A DNA stretch of 64,000 bases from positions 70,560-134,559 of the forward strand of contig DASCPX010000047.1 in the NCBI GenBank assembly GCA_036012755.1, read 5' to 3'. A model generated the notes under the pieces. That model was not told the origin of the DNA, searched no databases, and saw nothing but the letters and a program-made list of their open reading frames with translations. The DNA is from Myxococcota bacterium (lineage in GTDB: Bacteria; Myxococcota_A; UBA796; CAJQPC01). Shown here piece by piece: positions 1 through 9,481 of this stretch (the first letter of the stretch is position 1; the number at the start of each line of letters is the position of its first letter). The position numbers were made by a program, and so were the translations under genes.

Positions 1-83
1 TTTTGACCGAGCCAGCTCCCGCCGACCCTGGAGCTCACGCCCGTGATGCGAGCGATGCGCGACAGTCGTCCCTTCTTGGCCAT
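1..83 (-). CDS. 5' end of a gene running off the window, possibly an AarF/ABC1/UbiB-family kinase
   Basis: ATG at 83-81 just downstream of the previous gene's stop (92); reads MAKKGRLSRIARITGVSSRVGGSWLGQ, resembling ABC1-kinase N-termini; only 27 codons visible. Confidence 0.4.
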   Translation of the reverse strand, partial: MAKKGRLSRIARITGVSSRVGGSWLGQ

Positions 84-91
84 GGCAGACC

Positions 92-1159
92 CTATCCGCC
101 GACGGCCTGTTGGTGGCGCTCGATGCATGCGGCGAGGGCATCGTCCGAGAAGCCCTCCTCCTTCCAGACCCGCTCCACGACGAGCTCTCCCGCGTCGATC
201 CGGCCCTTCAGCCTGCCGACGAGCCGACCGTCGAACAACAGCGGGCAGACGTACCAGCCGAAGCGGCGCTTCTCTGGCTTCGTGTAGACCTCCCAGCGGT
301 AGGAGAAGTCCCAGAGGTGCTCGACCAGCTTGCGATCCCAGATCAGCGGATCGAGCGGCCCCAGGATGCGCATCCGCCCGTCGTCCTCTGGGAATCGGCG
401 ATCCAGGAAGCCGCGAGGAGCCAGGTATTTCCTGCGTGATCCCTCGATCGTGACGAGGTCGACCTCCGGTGAGGCCTCCTTGCGTAGCGCCGACCAGAGC
501 TGGGGGTGGCCCCAGGCCATCAGGCCCGCGGCTTCAGCGCGCTCGCGGATCGACCAGCGCTGGAAGTCGCCACCCGCCGGGAGCACGCCGAGGGATCGCT
601 CGGGGAGGTCGTAGAGCTTCTGTCTCCCGCGACGACCGGCCACGACGACCCGGCAGCGCGTCCAGAGGACCTCCAGCGCCATCGTGCCCGCCTTGGCCGT
701 TCCCTTCCAGCCACTCCAGTCCATGGGCTTCACGCGTCCGTAGTCCGGCAGGTCCTTCGCGCCGATGGGGCCCCGATCGCGGACCTCGCCGAAGACCGCC
801 TCGACCACACCAGCGGGCAGCTTGCGATGCCGCTCCCGCAGCCTCCACCACGGCGTCTCCACCGAGCGTCCGGAGTAGTAGGGGAAGGCCGAGGCCGGCA
901 GCAGGCAGCGCTCCTTGAAGAAGTGCTCGAAGGCATGGCTGGGCATCAAGGCCTCGTAGACCTCGCCGAGGCGAAGGCCGTCCACCCGGGCCAGAGCCAC
1001 CAGGTCCGCGTTCGTTCCGATCGCCGAGAGCGGGTCCAGCTGGATGCAGCGCAGATCGCGCAGGACATGCCGCACGGCCTCGGCCCCGGAGCCCGAGACC
1101 TGCCTCAGCCCGAGCTGCCCGAGGAGGAAGCGTCGGGCGATCTCCTGGGTGATCTCCAT
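92..1159 (-). CDS. YcaQ/AlkZ-like winged-helix (HTH_42) DNA crosslink-repair glycosylase family protein
   Basis: Motifs CIQLDP, ILGPLDPLIWDR, FSYRWEVY..EKRRFGWYVCPLL..GRLVGR; start taken at MEITQE (1159), ORF extends to 1195. Confidence 0.85.
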   Translation of the reverse strand: MEITQEIARRFLLGQLGLRQVSGSGAEAVRHVLRDLRCIQLDPLSAIGTNADLVALARVDGLRLGEVYEALMPSHAFEHFFKERCLLPASAFPYYSGRSVETPWWRLRERHRKLPAGVVEAVFGEVRDRGPIGAKDLPDYGRVKPMDWSGWKGTAKAGTMALEVLWTRCRVVVAGRRGRQKLYDLPERSLGVLPAGGDFQRWSIRERAEAAGLMAWGHPQLWSALRKEASPEVDLVTIEGSRRKYLAPRGFLDRRFPEDDGRMRILGPLDPLIWDRKLVEHLWDFSYRWEVYTKPEKRRFGWYVCPLLFDGRLVGRLKGRIDAGELVVERVWKEEGFSDDALAACIERHQQAVGG

Positions 1160-1171
1160 GACGACGGATTC

Positions 1172-1275
1172 TGTCACGCCGGTGGTCGATGTCACGGTCT
1201 GACCCCCTGCAGGGCTTTGGAATCACAGGATAAACTTTGTCACGCAGATCCCAGGTGTCGGGGTCTGACCCCGAC
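1172..1275. repeat. Imperfect 35-bp direct repeat containing a GGGGTCTGACCCC-type palindrome
   Basis: tgtcacg-N11-tgtcacggtctgacccc (1172-1206) and tgtcacg-N11-tgtcggggtctgacccc (1238-1272); perfect palindrome gtcggggtc-t-gaccccgac at 1257-1275. Confidence 0.6.
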
Positions 1276-1316
1276 GGTGGGGGTTTTGGTCAAGGCCACA
1301 CGTCCTGAACCGATTC

Positions 1317-4300
1317 GTGGGCATGATCTGGATCTCTCTGTCCTTGGCGCGCGCCGGAACCATCGAGGTCCCAGGGGACTACGGAACGCTGTCGGCGGCC
1401 ATCGCCGCGGCCAGCGACGGGGACACCATCGAGGTCGACACCGACCTCACCGAGACAGTCGATCTGCAAGGAAAGAGCTTGACGATCGTCGGCAACGGCC
1501 ATGAGATTGCGCCGAGTAGCGGCTCCTATGTCGTGCGCTGGGACGACGGCGAAGAGGGGAGCCTCGAGGACTTCGAGATCACGCCGCCCAGCGGCGCGCG
1601 CGCCTTCGTCCTCGAGAACGCCAGCGTCTCCATCTCTGAAGTCACGATCAACGCCAGCGGCAAGGACACCCTCGACGGCGGCGCCATCAACATCGACGGC
1701 GGGAGCCCGAGCTTCGAGGACCTCACCATCACAGACGCTGTCGGTCGCAAGGGCGGCGCGATCTACATCGACGGCAGCGCCACCGTGACGCTCACCGATG
1801 TCGACATCGAGGACGCAGAGGCCACCTGGGGTGCCGGTCTGGCGATCACCGACAGCGCGGCCGTCACCGCCACGAGGGTCACGATCTCCGACCCCGAAGC
1901 CAGCCGGCAGGGGGTCGGCGTCTTCCTCGACGGCGCCACGCTGACGGGAACCACCCTGAAGATCACGGATCCCTCCGGCGAAGACACCTTCGGCGCCGGG
2001 CTCTACCTGCAGGACCACGCGGTCCTCGACCTCACCGGTGGCAGCATCACCGGCTGCTCGGTCAGCACGACTGGCTACTCCGGCGGCGGTGTCTACGCCG
2101 AGAACGGCTCGGCGATGACGCTCACGAGCCTGAGTATCGACAGCTGCGAGGCCAGCTACGGCGGCGCCATCGCGCTCGATGCATCAAGCGCCGAGCTGTC
2201 CAACGTCAGCTTCACGGGCAACCTCGCCGAAGAGCGCGGCGGGGCCATCTACCTCGAGTCTGCGGCAGAGCTCTCCTGCGACGGCTGCAGCTTCGACGCC
2301 AACGAAGCGGACCTCGGCGGCGCGGTCGCCGTCGACGAGTCCTCCACCTTCGTCGATGACGAGGGCAGCTACGAGAACAACGTCGCCGCCAACGAGGGAG
2401 GCGCCGTCTGGCTGCGCTCGGCTGCGACCTTCGAGCTCTCCGAGTTCAGCAGCAACAGCGCCAGCGATGGCGGGGCCATCTACGCCTACGACATCGGCGA
2501 CGTGCTCGAGATCATCGACGGGACCTTCACGACCAACGACGCCACCGGTGAAGGGGGAGCGATCTTCGTCGAGGACGACGGGGAGCTCGACGTCGACGGC
2601 AGCACCTTCGACGAGAACATCGCCGACAGCGGCGGCGCCATCGCCTTCTCACCTGGCGACAACAGCTGGGATCTCACGGTCACCGACAGCACCTTCGAGT
2701 CCAACGAGGCCACGGACGACGGCGGGGCCATCCACGTCTCCAAGGGCGAGCTCATCGCGCTCCGCGGGGTCGACTTCCTCCGCGGCAGCGCGGGCGAGGA
2801 CGGCGGCGCTCTCTACGTCTACGCCTCGGACGAACTCACCGTCACGCGCTGCCTCTTCTTCGACAACGAAGCCACCGAGTATGGCGGCGCGGCGGTCGAG
2901 AGCGCGACGGTGGAAGCCAGCACCTGGACGAACAACCTCGTCGTCGAGAACGACGCGGACAACGCGGCGGGCATCCTCTTCGACGACTGCGAGGACACCT
3001 CCTACGTCGCCAACAACGACTTCCTGGCCAACGACATCGGCTCCGCAGGCGCCGGGGTGATCTGGATCGAGGACGGCGGCGTCGAGTTCCTCAACAACAT
3101 CGTCGCCGACAACAACGGCGGCTACGCGATCTACTGCGCGGACACCGACGTCGACGGGCTCTCCGACTTCTTCCACAACGACTTCTCGGACAACGACGGC
3201 GGCGGCAGCGACTTCGACGGCTGCACCGACCCGGGGACCGACGACGGCAACCTCGAGGACGACCCGGACTGGCGCTCGGCGCCGAGCTGGGATGGGGACG
3301 AGTCCGACGACGACTACCACCTCGATCCCGGCAGCACACTGGTCGACGCGGGCCAGACGGACATCTACGACCCGGACGGCTCGGTCAGCGACATCGGCGC
3401 CTTCGGCGGTCCTGACGCAGAGGTCAACGACGCCGACGGCGACGGCTACTACGACACGACCGACTGCGACGACGGCGACGCCACCATCCACCCCGACGCC
3501 ACCGAGACCCCCTACGACGGCATCGACCAGGACTGCGACGGCGGCGATCTCGTCGACGTGGACGGCGACGGCTACGACGGCGACGTGGACGACTGCGACG
3601 ACGACAACGCCGTGATCAACCCCGGCGCCGAGGAGACCTGGTACGACGGCATCGACGCCGACTGCGACGGGCTCTCCGACTACGACGCCGACCTCGATCT
3701 CTACGACGACCAGCGCTACGGCGGCCTCGACTGCGACGACGAGGACGCGGCCGTGAACCCCTCTGGGACAGAGGTCTGGTACGACGGCGTCGACCAGGAC
3801 TGCGACGGGTGGTCCGACTACGACGCCGACATGGACGGCTTCGACTCCGCCAGCTACGGCGGCGACGACTGCGACGACACCCGCCCCTTCGTCAACCCTG
3901 GCGCCCGCGAGATCCCCTACGACGGCGTGGACGAGGACTGCGACGGCGAGGAGATCTGGGACGTGGACGGCGACGGCTGGGAGGGCACCCCCGGTGCCGG
4001 CGCGGACTGCAACGACAACGACCCCGCCATCCACCCGGGCGCCGAGGAGATCCCCTACAACAGCTTCGACGAGAACTGCGACGGCCACGTCTCCTACGAC
4101 AACGACGACGACGGCTTCGACCGCGATCCTCCCGGCAGCGACTGCGACGACGACGACGCGAGCGTCTTCCCGGGGGCTGTCGAGGCCTGGTACGACGGCA
4201 TCGACCAGGACTGCCTCGGCGACGACGACTACGACGCCGACGGCGACGGTCAGCAGCCAGAGGCCTACGGAGGCTTGGACTGCGACGACCTCGACTCCCT

Positions 4301-6401
4301 CGTCTATGTCGGCGCCTCGGAGAACTACTACGACGGCATCGATCAGAACTGCGACGGCGCCGATGACTACGACCGGGATCGAGACGGCCACCGGGCCGAG
4401 GACTGGGGCGAAGACTGCGACGACCGCCGTGACGACGCCTACCCCGGAGCAGAGGAGCTCTTCAACGGCCTCGACGACGACTGCGACGGCTACCCAGAGG
4501 ACGCCGACCGCGACGGTGACGGCGCCATCGACTGGGTCGAGTGGGCCATCGGCAGCGATCCGGAGGACCCGGACACGGACGATGACGGCGACGAGGACGG
4601 CAAGGAGCTCTACGAGGCCACAGAGGGCGTCGACAGCGATCTGGACGGCGTGCTCGACGTCTTCGACGACGACGACGACGGCGACGGCATCCCCTCGCTC
4701 ACGGAGAACACCGCCGATCCGGATCGGGACGGCGTGGTGGACGCGGACGTCGACGGTGACGGGATCCGCAACTCCCGCGACAGGGACAGCGACGGCGACG
4801 GCTACCTCGACGAGGACGAGGGCGCAGAGGACAAGGACTTCGACGGCGTGCCCGAGTACATCGACTACAACGGCGACTACGCTGGCGGCGGCTGCGCGGG
4901 CTTCGGGATCACCTGGCTCTCCGTCCTGGCCTTCCCGGTCTTGCTGTCGCGGCGTCGGCGGCACTTCGCGACGCTGCTGGGGCTCATCGGAATCAGCGGC
5001 CTGTTCGCGATGACCAGCACCGCCGAGGCGGCCGATTCCCACGGCTACCAGCTCCTCGGCACCACCGGCGATGTCTACGGCTACGCGCGCATCGCCTATC
5101 CAGACGGCGGGCAGCGCGGCGACTGGGACGTCTCCGTCGTCGGCGACCACGCCTGGCGGCCCCTGGTCGAGGTCCTCCCAGAGGGCAGGACTCCGTTGAT
5201 CTCGAACCTCTCGACCGCCAACATCGCCATGTCCGGCTCCCTCGGTGCTCGCACCCGCCTCGAGGCGGTCGTGCCAGTCCACGCCTACGGCGTCGGTCCC
5301 ACGGGCAGCTTCGCCGCGATGGGTGATGCGCGGCTCGGCGCGGTCGTGCCCGCCTGGTCCCCCGCCGGCATCCGCCCGGGGCTCGCCATCGCTCCCAGCG
5401 TGTGGATCCCCACAGGCAGCGAGGACCGCATGGTCGGAAACCCGGGCATCTCCGCTGGTGGTGTCGTGACCGTCGCCCAGGAGCTCGGCCGCCTCGGCTG
5501 GGTCGCCAACGTCGGCGCGCGCGCTGGCCGCTTCGAGCCCGAGCGCAACCTGCGGGCCGGCGCTGGACCGCTGGTCGGAGTCGGGGCCCACTACGCGGTC
5601 ACGGACGCGCTCACGGTCGCAACAGAGGCCACCGTGCAGGGGTCGACGGGGTTCTCGAGCTGGCCGGTCGAGCTGATGGCCTCTGGTCGCATCCGCCTCA
5701 GAGGAGGGAGCTGGGCGACCGTCGGTGTCGGCGCCGGCCTGAACGATGCGGTGGGCGCCAGCACCGCCCGCGTCGTCATCGGCGGAGGCTTCAACAAGCG
5801 CAACGAGCCGCCGCCAGAGGTGATGCTGCAGTACGTCGAGACCATCGTGGAGATCGAGGTCGAGCCAGAGTTCGACCCTCTCGGCGACGACGACGGCGAC
5901 GGCGTGCTCAACGGCGACGACCGCTGCCCGGACGTGCCGATCTACGAGGCCCAGGACCCCCGCTTCAGCGACGGCTGCCCGAAGCTGGCCGAGCTCTCCG
6001 GGGACCGCATCATCATCACCCAGAGCATCTTCTTCCGAGAGGCCAGCGCCACGATCCAGCGCAAGTCCTTCGACGTGCTGGACGAGGTCGCCCGCATCCT
6101 GATCGAGCACCCCGAGATCGACGCCCTGCTCATCGAGGGCCACACCAACGACAACGGCGGCCCCGAGTACAACTACCGGCTCTCAGAGGACCGCGCGGTC
6201 AGCGTCATGCGCCACCTCATCGACGAGGGTGTCGATCGCAACCGCCTGGTCGCCCAGGGCTACGGCTATGACGTCCCCCTTGTCGAGCACGATCACGCCG
6301 ACGCGAAGCAGGTCAACCGCCGGGTCGAGTTCACGGTCGTGAAGCGCAGCGAGGAGCCCGGCGACGCCCGGATCCCGGACGAGGGCGAGCTGGCGGACTA
6401 G
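1317..6401 (+). CDS. Large surface protein: beta-helix (GGAI repeats), 8 MopE-related Cys/Asp repeats, TSP3-like repeats, internal MYXO-CTERM-like segment, second signal peptide, beta-barrel and OmpA C-terminal domain
   Basis: GGAI/FxxNxA repeats; DCDDxxxxxxPGAxExxxDGxDxDCDG repeats; DxDGDG repeats; GGGC-hydrophobic-RRRR; OmpA motifs IEGHT, LSEDRA, GYG, NRRVEF. Confidence 0.85.
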   Translation: MGMIWISLSLARAGTIEVPGDYGTLSAAIAAASDGDTIEVDTDLTETVDLQGKSLTIVGNGHEIAPSSGSYVVRWDDGEEGSLEDFEITPPSGARAFVLENASVSISEVTINASGKDTLDGGAINIDGGSPSFEDLTITDAVGRKGGAIYIDGSATVTLTDVDIEDAEATWGAGLAITDSAAVTATRVTISDPEASRQGVGVFLDGATLTGTTLKITDPSGEDTFGAGLYLQDHAVLDLTGGSITGCSVSTTGYSGGGVYAENGSAMTLTSLSIDSCEASYGGAIALDASSAELSNVSFTGNLAEERGGAIYLESAAELSCDGCSFDANEADLGGAVAVDESSTFVDDEGSYENNVAANEGGAVWLRSAATFELSEFSSNSASDGGAIYAYDIGDVLEIIDGTFTTNDATGEGGAIFVEDDGELDVDGSTFDENIADSGGAIAFSPGDNSWDLTVTDSTFESNEATDDGGAIHVSKGELIALRGVDFLRGSAGEDGGALYVYASDELTVTRCLFFDNEATEYGGAAVESATVEASTWTNNLVVENDADNAAGILFDDCEDTSYVANNDFLANDIGSAGAGVIWIEDGGVEFLNNIVADNNGGYAIYCADTDVDGLSDFFHNDFSDNDGGGSDFDGCTDPGTDDGNLEDDPDWRSAPSWDGDESDDDYHLDPGSTLVDAGQTDIYDPDGSVSDIGAFGGPDAEVNDADGDGYYDTTDCDDGDATIHPDATETPYDGIDQDCDGGDLVDVDGDGYDGDVDDCDDDNAVINPGAEETWYDGIDADCDGLSDYDADLDLYDDQRYGGLDCDDEDAAVNPSGTEVWYDGVDQDCDGWSDYDADMDGFDSASYGGDDCDDTRPFVNPGAREIPYDGVDEDCDGEEIWDVDGDGWEGTPGAGADCNDNDPAIHPGAEEIPYNSFDENCDGHVSYDNDDDGFDRDPPGSDCDDDDASVFPGAVEAWYDGIDQDCLGDDDYDADGDGQQPEAYGGLDCDDLDSLVYVGASENYYDGIDQNCDGADDYDRDRDGHRAEDWGEDCDDRRDDAYPGAEELFNGLDDDCDGYPEDADRDGDGAIDWVEWAIGSDPEDPDTDDDGDEDGKELYEATEGVDSDLDGVLDVFDDDDDGDGIPSLTENTADPDRDGVVDADVDGDGIRNSRDRDSDGDGYLDEDEGAEDKDFDGVPEYIDYNGDYAGGGCAGFGITWLSVLAFPVLLSRRRRHFATLLGLIGISGLFAMTSTAEAADSHGYQLLGTTGDVYGYARIAYPDGGQRGDWDVSVVGDHAWRPLVEVLPEGRTPLISNLSTANIAMSGSLGARTRLEAVVPVHAYGVGPTGSFAAMGDARLGAVVPAWSPAGIRPGLAIAPSVWIPTGSEDRMVGNPGISAGGVVTVAQELGRLGWVANVGARAGRFEPERNLRAGAGPLVGVGAHYAVTDALTVATEATVQGSTGFSSWPVELMASGRIRLRGGSWATVGVGAGLNDAVGASTARVVIGGGFNKRNEPPPEVMLQYVETIVEIEVEPEFDPLGDDDGDGVLNGDDRCPDVPIYEAQDPRFSDGCPKLAELSGDRIIITQSIFFREASATIQRKSFDVLDEVARILIEHPEIDALLIEGHTNDNGGPEYNYRLSEDRAVSVMRHLIDEGVDRNRLVAQGYGYDVPLVEHDHADAKQVNRRVEFTVVKRSEEPGDARIPDEGELAD
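3460..4492 (+). repeat. Eight tandem putative metal-binding (MopE-related) repeats inside the CDS
   Basis: Counted 8 copies of DC(D/N)D-x6-(P/V)-x3-E-x2,3-(D/N)-x2-D-x-(D/N)-C in the translation. Confidence 0.8.
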
Positions 6402-6413
6402 CCGAGACGCTTC

Positions 6414-7916
<1,503 letters not shown>

Positions 7917-7930
7917 GCCCTGGTCTTATC

Positions 7931-9388
7931 TCAAGCTGCCCACGACGCCCGGTTGCAGCCCCTGTTGCGCTCCAGGTGCGCCTCGATGCGCGCGTGGAAC
8001 TGCTCGGCGTCGATGTGGTGGTCCGGATCGAGGGTGAGCCCGATGACCGTGCTCGAGAGCAGGATGCGCTGGCCTCCGAGGTCCAGCTTCATCATCTCGA
8101 TCGCCGCCCGGATGCGCTCGGCAAGGACTCGCCCGCCGGCAGTGTCGGTGCGGGGCAGGATGATGCCGAAGCAGTCCCCCGCAGTGCGCGCGACGAAGTC
8201 CGTCTCCCGGACCATGCGCTGCAGCGTCGCCGCGACGCGACGGAGGATCTCGTCTCCAGCGGCCTGCCCGTAGCGCTGGTTGTGCTCGTCCTGGCGGTCG
8301 ATGTCCACCAGCACGCAGGACAGCGCGTCGTGGGTCGAGTGGGCCGTCTCGATCTCGTTCCGCAGCGTCATGAAGTAGCGCTGGCGGGTCGGGAGCCCCG
8401 TCAGCATGTCCTGCTGCGTCAGCGCCTGGATCCTGAGCTTCAGCTCCTCGATGTGGCGGGTCAGGGTGCGCTTCTCTGCGCGCATCTCTTCGATCTTGTG
8501 GACGAGGTCGTCCCGATCGAGGCCGTCGAGGCCGTCGTCCGAGTGCTTCAGCATCTGCGTGAGATCCGGCTGACGGCGGAGAGACACGCCGAAGATGTCC
8601 GCGATCTCGTCGACTGTGACGCCGACCGAGGAGACCATCGTCTCGGCCTCCTTCGGGGACACTCCCAGGGACTCCGCGAGGATCGTCGAGGCATCCAGCA
8701 TCGCCTGCTGCGGGTCCGCCGCGGTCCAGACCTCGGCGATGACGTCGGACAGGGCCGCGAGCTGTCGGAGTCGGTCGGAGCGCTCGTCGGGCTCTCCGGG
8801 CTCGTGGTGGAGCATGACCGGCCGCGTGATGTCCCGGGGCAGGTGCCAGGCTGCGGAGATGGCGGCGAAGTCCTCGACGTGGGTGTACTTGAGGAACTCC
8901 CGCTCCTTGGCCACCCGCGCTTTTCCGTGGAGGCCGCGCACCGTGTCGAACCAGATCGACAGCGAGGGGTCCCTGAGGATCGTCGCGAGCTTGCCGAGCT
9001 CGACGCAGAAGCCGATCGCCACGGCGATGTCAGGTGTCACCTGTGGGAACTTCGTGGCGATCGCGACGGCTGCGCAGGCCCGCCTCAGGCAGTCTTCGTT
9101 CAGCTTGTGCTTGAGATCCTGGTCGATGTCCGCCCGCTCGACCGCCTCGGCCGCGGCGTAGCAGACAGCGAGGCTGCCGAGGGCCTTGGCCCCCAACAGC
9201 AGCGCCGCGCGCTGGGCGTTGTCGACCCGCGACTGGATGCCGAAGGTGCTGGAGTTGACGTAGCGCAGCACGCACTTGGAGAAGACCGGATCCTGGGCGG
9301 CGAGGGCGCCGAGCCGCTGCACGCTCGCGTCAGGGCTCCACGCGAGGCGGATGATGTCGAGGAGCTGCGAGGTGGGCGCGGGAACCAT
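7931..9388 (-). CDS. HDOD domain, coiled coil and degenerate GGDEF domain
   Basis: HDOD: QDPVFSKCVLRYVNS, WHLP..I..HHEP; GGDEF fold: DMLTGL, DID, YGQAAGD, RETD, but signature reads AGDCF; start 9388 (ATG) or 9400 (TTG). Confidence 0.85.
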   Translation of the reverse strand: MVPAPTSQLLDIIRLAWSPDASVQRLGALAAQDPVFSKCVLRYVNSSTFGIQSRVDNAQRAALLLGAKALGSLAVCYAAAEAVERADIDQDLKHKLNEDCLRRACAAVAIATKFPQVTPDIAVAIGFCVELGKLATILRDPSLSIWFDTVRGLHGKARVAKEREFLKYTHVEDFAAISAAWHLPRDITRPVMLHHEPGEPDERSDRLRQLAALSDVIAEVWTAADPQQAMLDASTILAESLGVSPKEAETMVSSVGVTVDEIADIFGVSLRRQPDLTQMLKHSDDGLDGLDRDDLVHKIEEMRAEKRTLTRHIEELKLRIQALTQQDMLTGLPTRQRYFMTLRNEIETAHSTHDALSCVLVDIDRQDEHNQRYGQAAGDEILRRVAATLQRMVRETDFVARTAGDCFGIILPRTDTAGGRVLAERIRAAIEMMKLDLGGQRILLSSTVIGLTLDPDHHIDAEQFHARIEAHLERNRGCNRASWAA

Positions 9389-9422
9389 TCCGGTCTCCAA
9401 GGTCTCTCGACTCTTCGGATCC

Positions 9423-9449
9423 TGATCGGAGGGTATTGAGCAAACCTCA
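9423..9449 (-). promoter_or_regulatory. sigma28-like promoter for the HDOD-GGDEF gene
   Basis: Minus strand TGAG-N15-TCCGATCA. Confidence 0.5.
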
Positions 9450-9473
9450 AGAGCTTGTTGCGCCGACCGATGT
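9447..9473 (+). promoter_or_regulatory. sigma28-like promoter upstream of flhA
   Basis: TCAA-N15-ACCGATGT versus consensus TAAA-N15-GCCGATAA. Confidence 0.55.
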
Positions 9474-9481
9474 GGGCTTCG

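Noticed and set aside
3460..4900. Repetitive DNA as a CRISPR or ncRNA array
   Set aside because: In-frame degenerate protein repeats; no fixed repeat with unique spacers; no cas genes
2649..6143. 1164-aa minus-strand ORF
   Set aside because: Antisense shadow of the large + strand gene; V/A-rich, no motifs, expected in high-GC DNA
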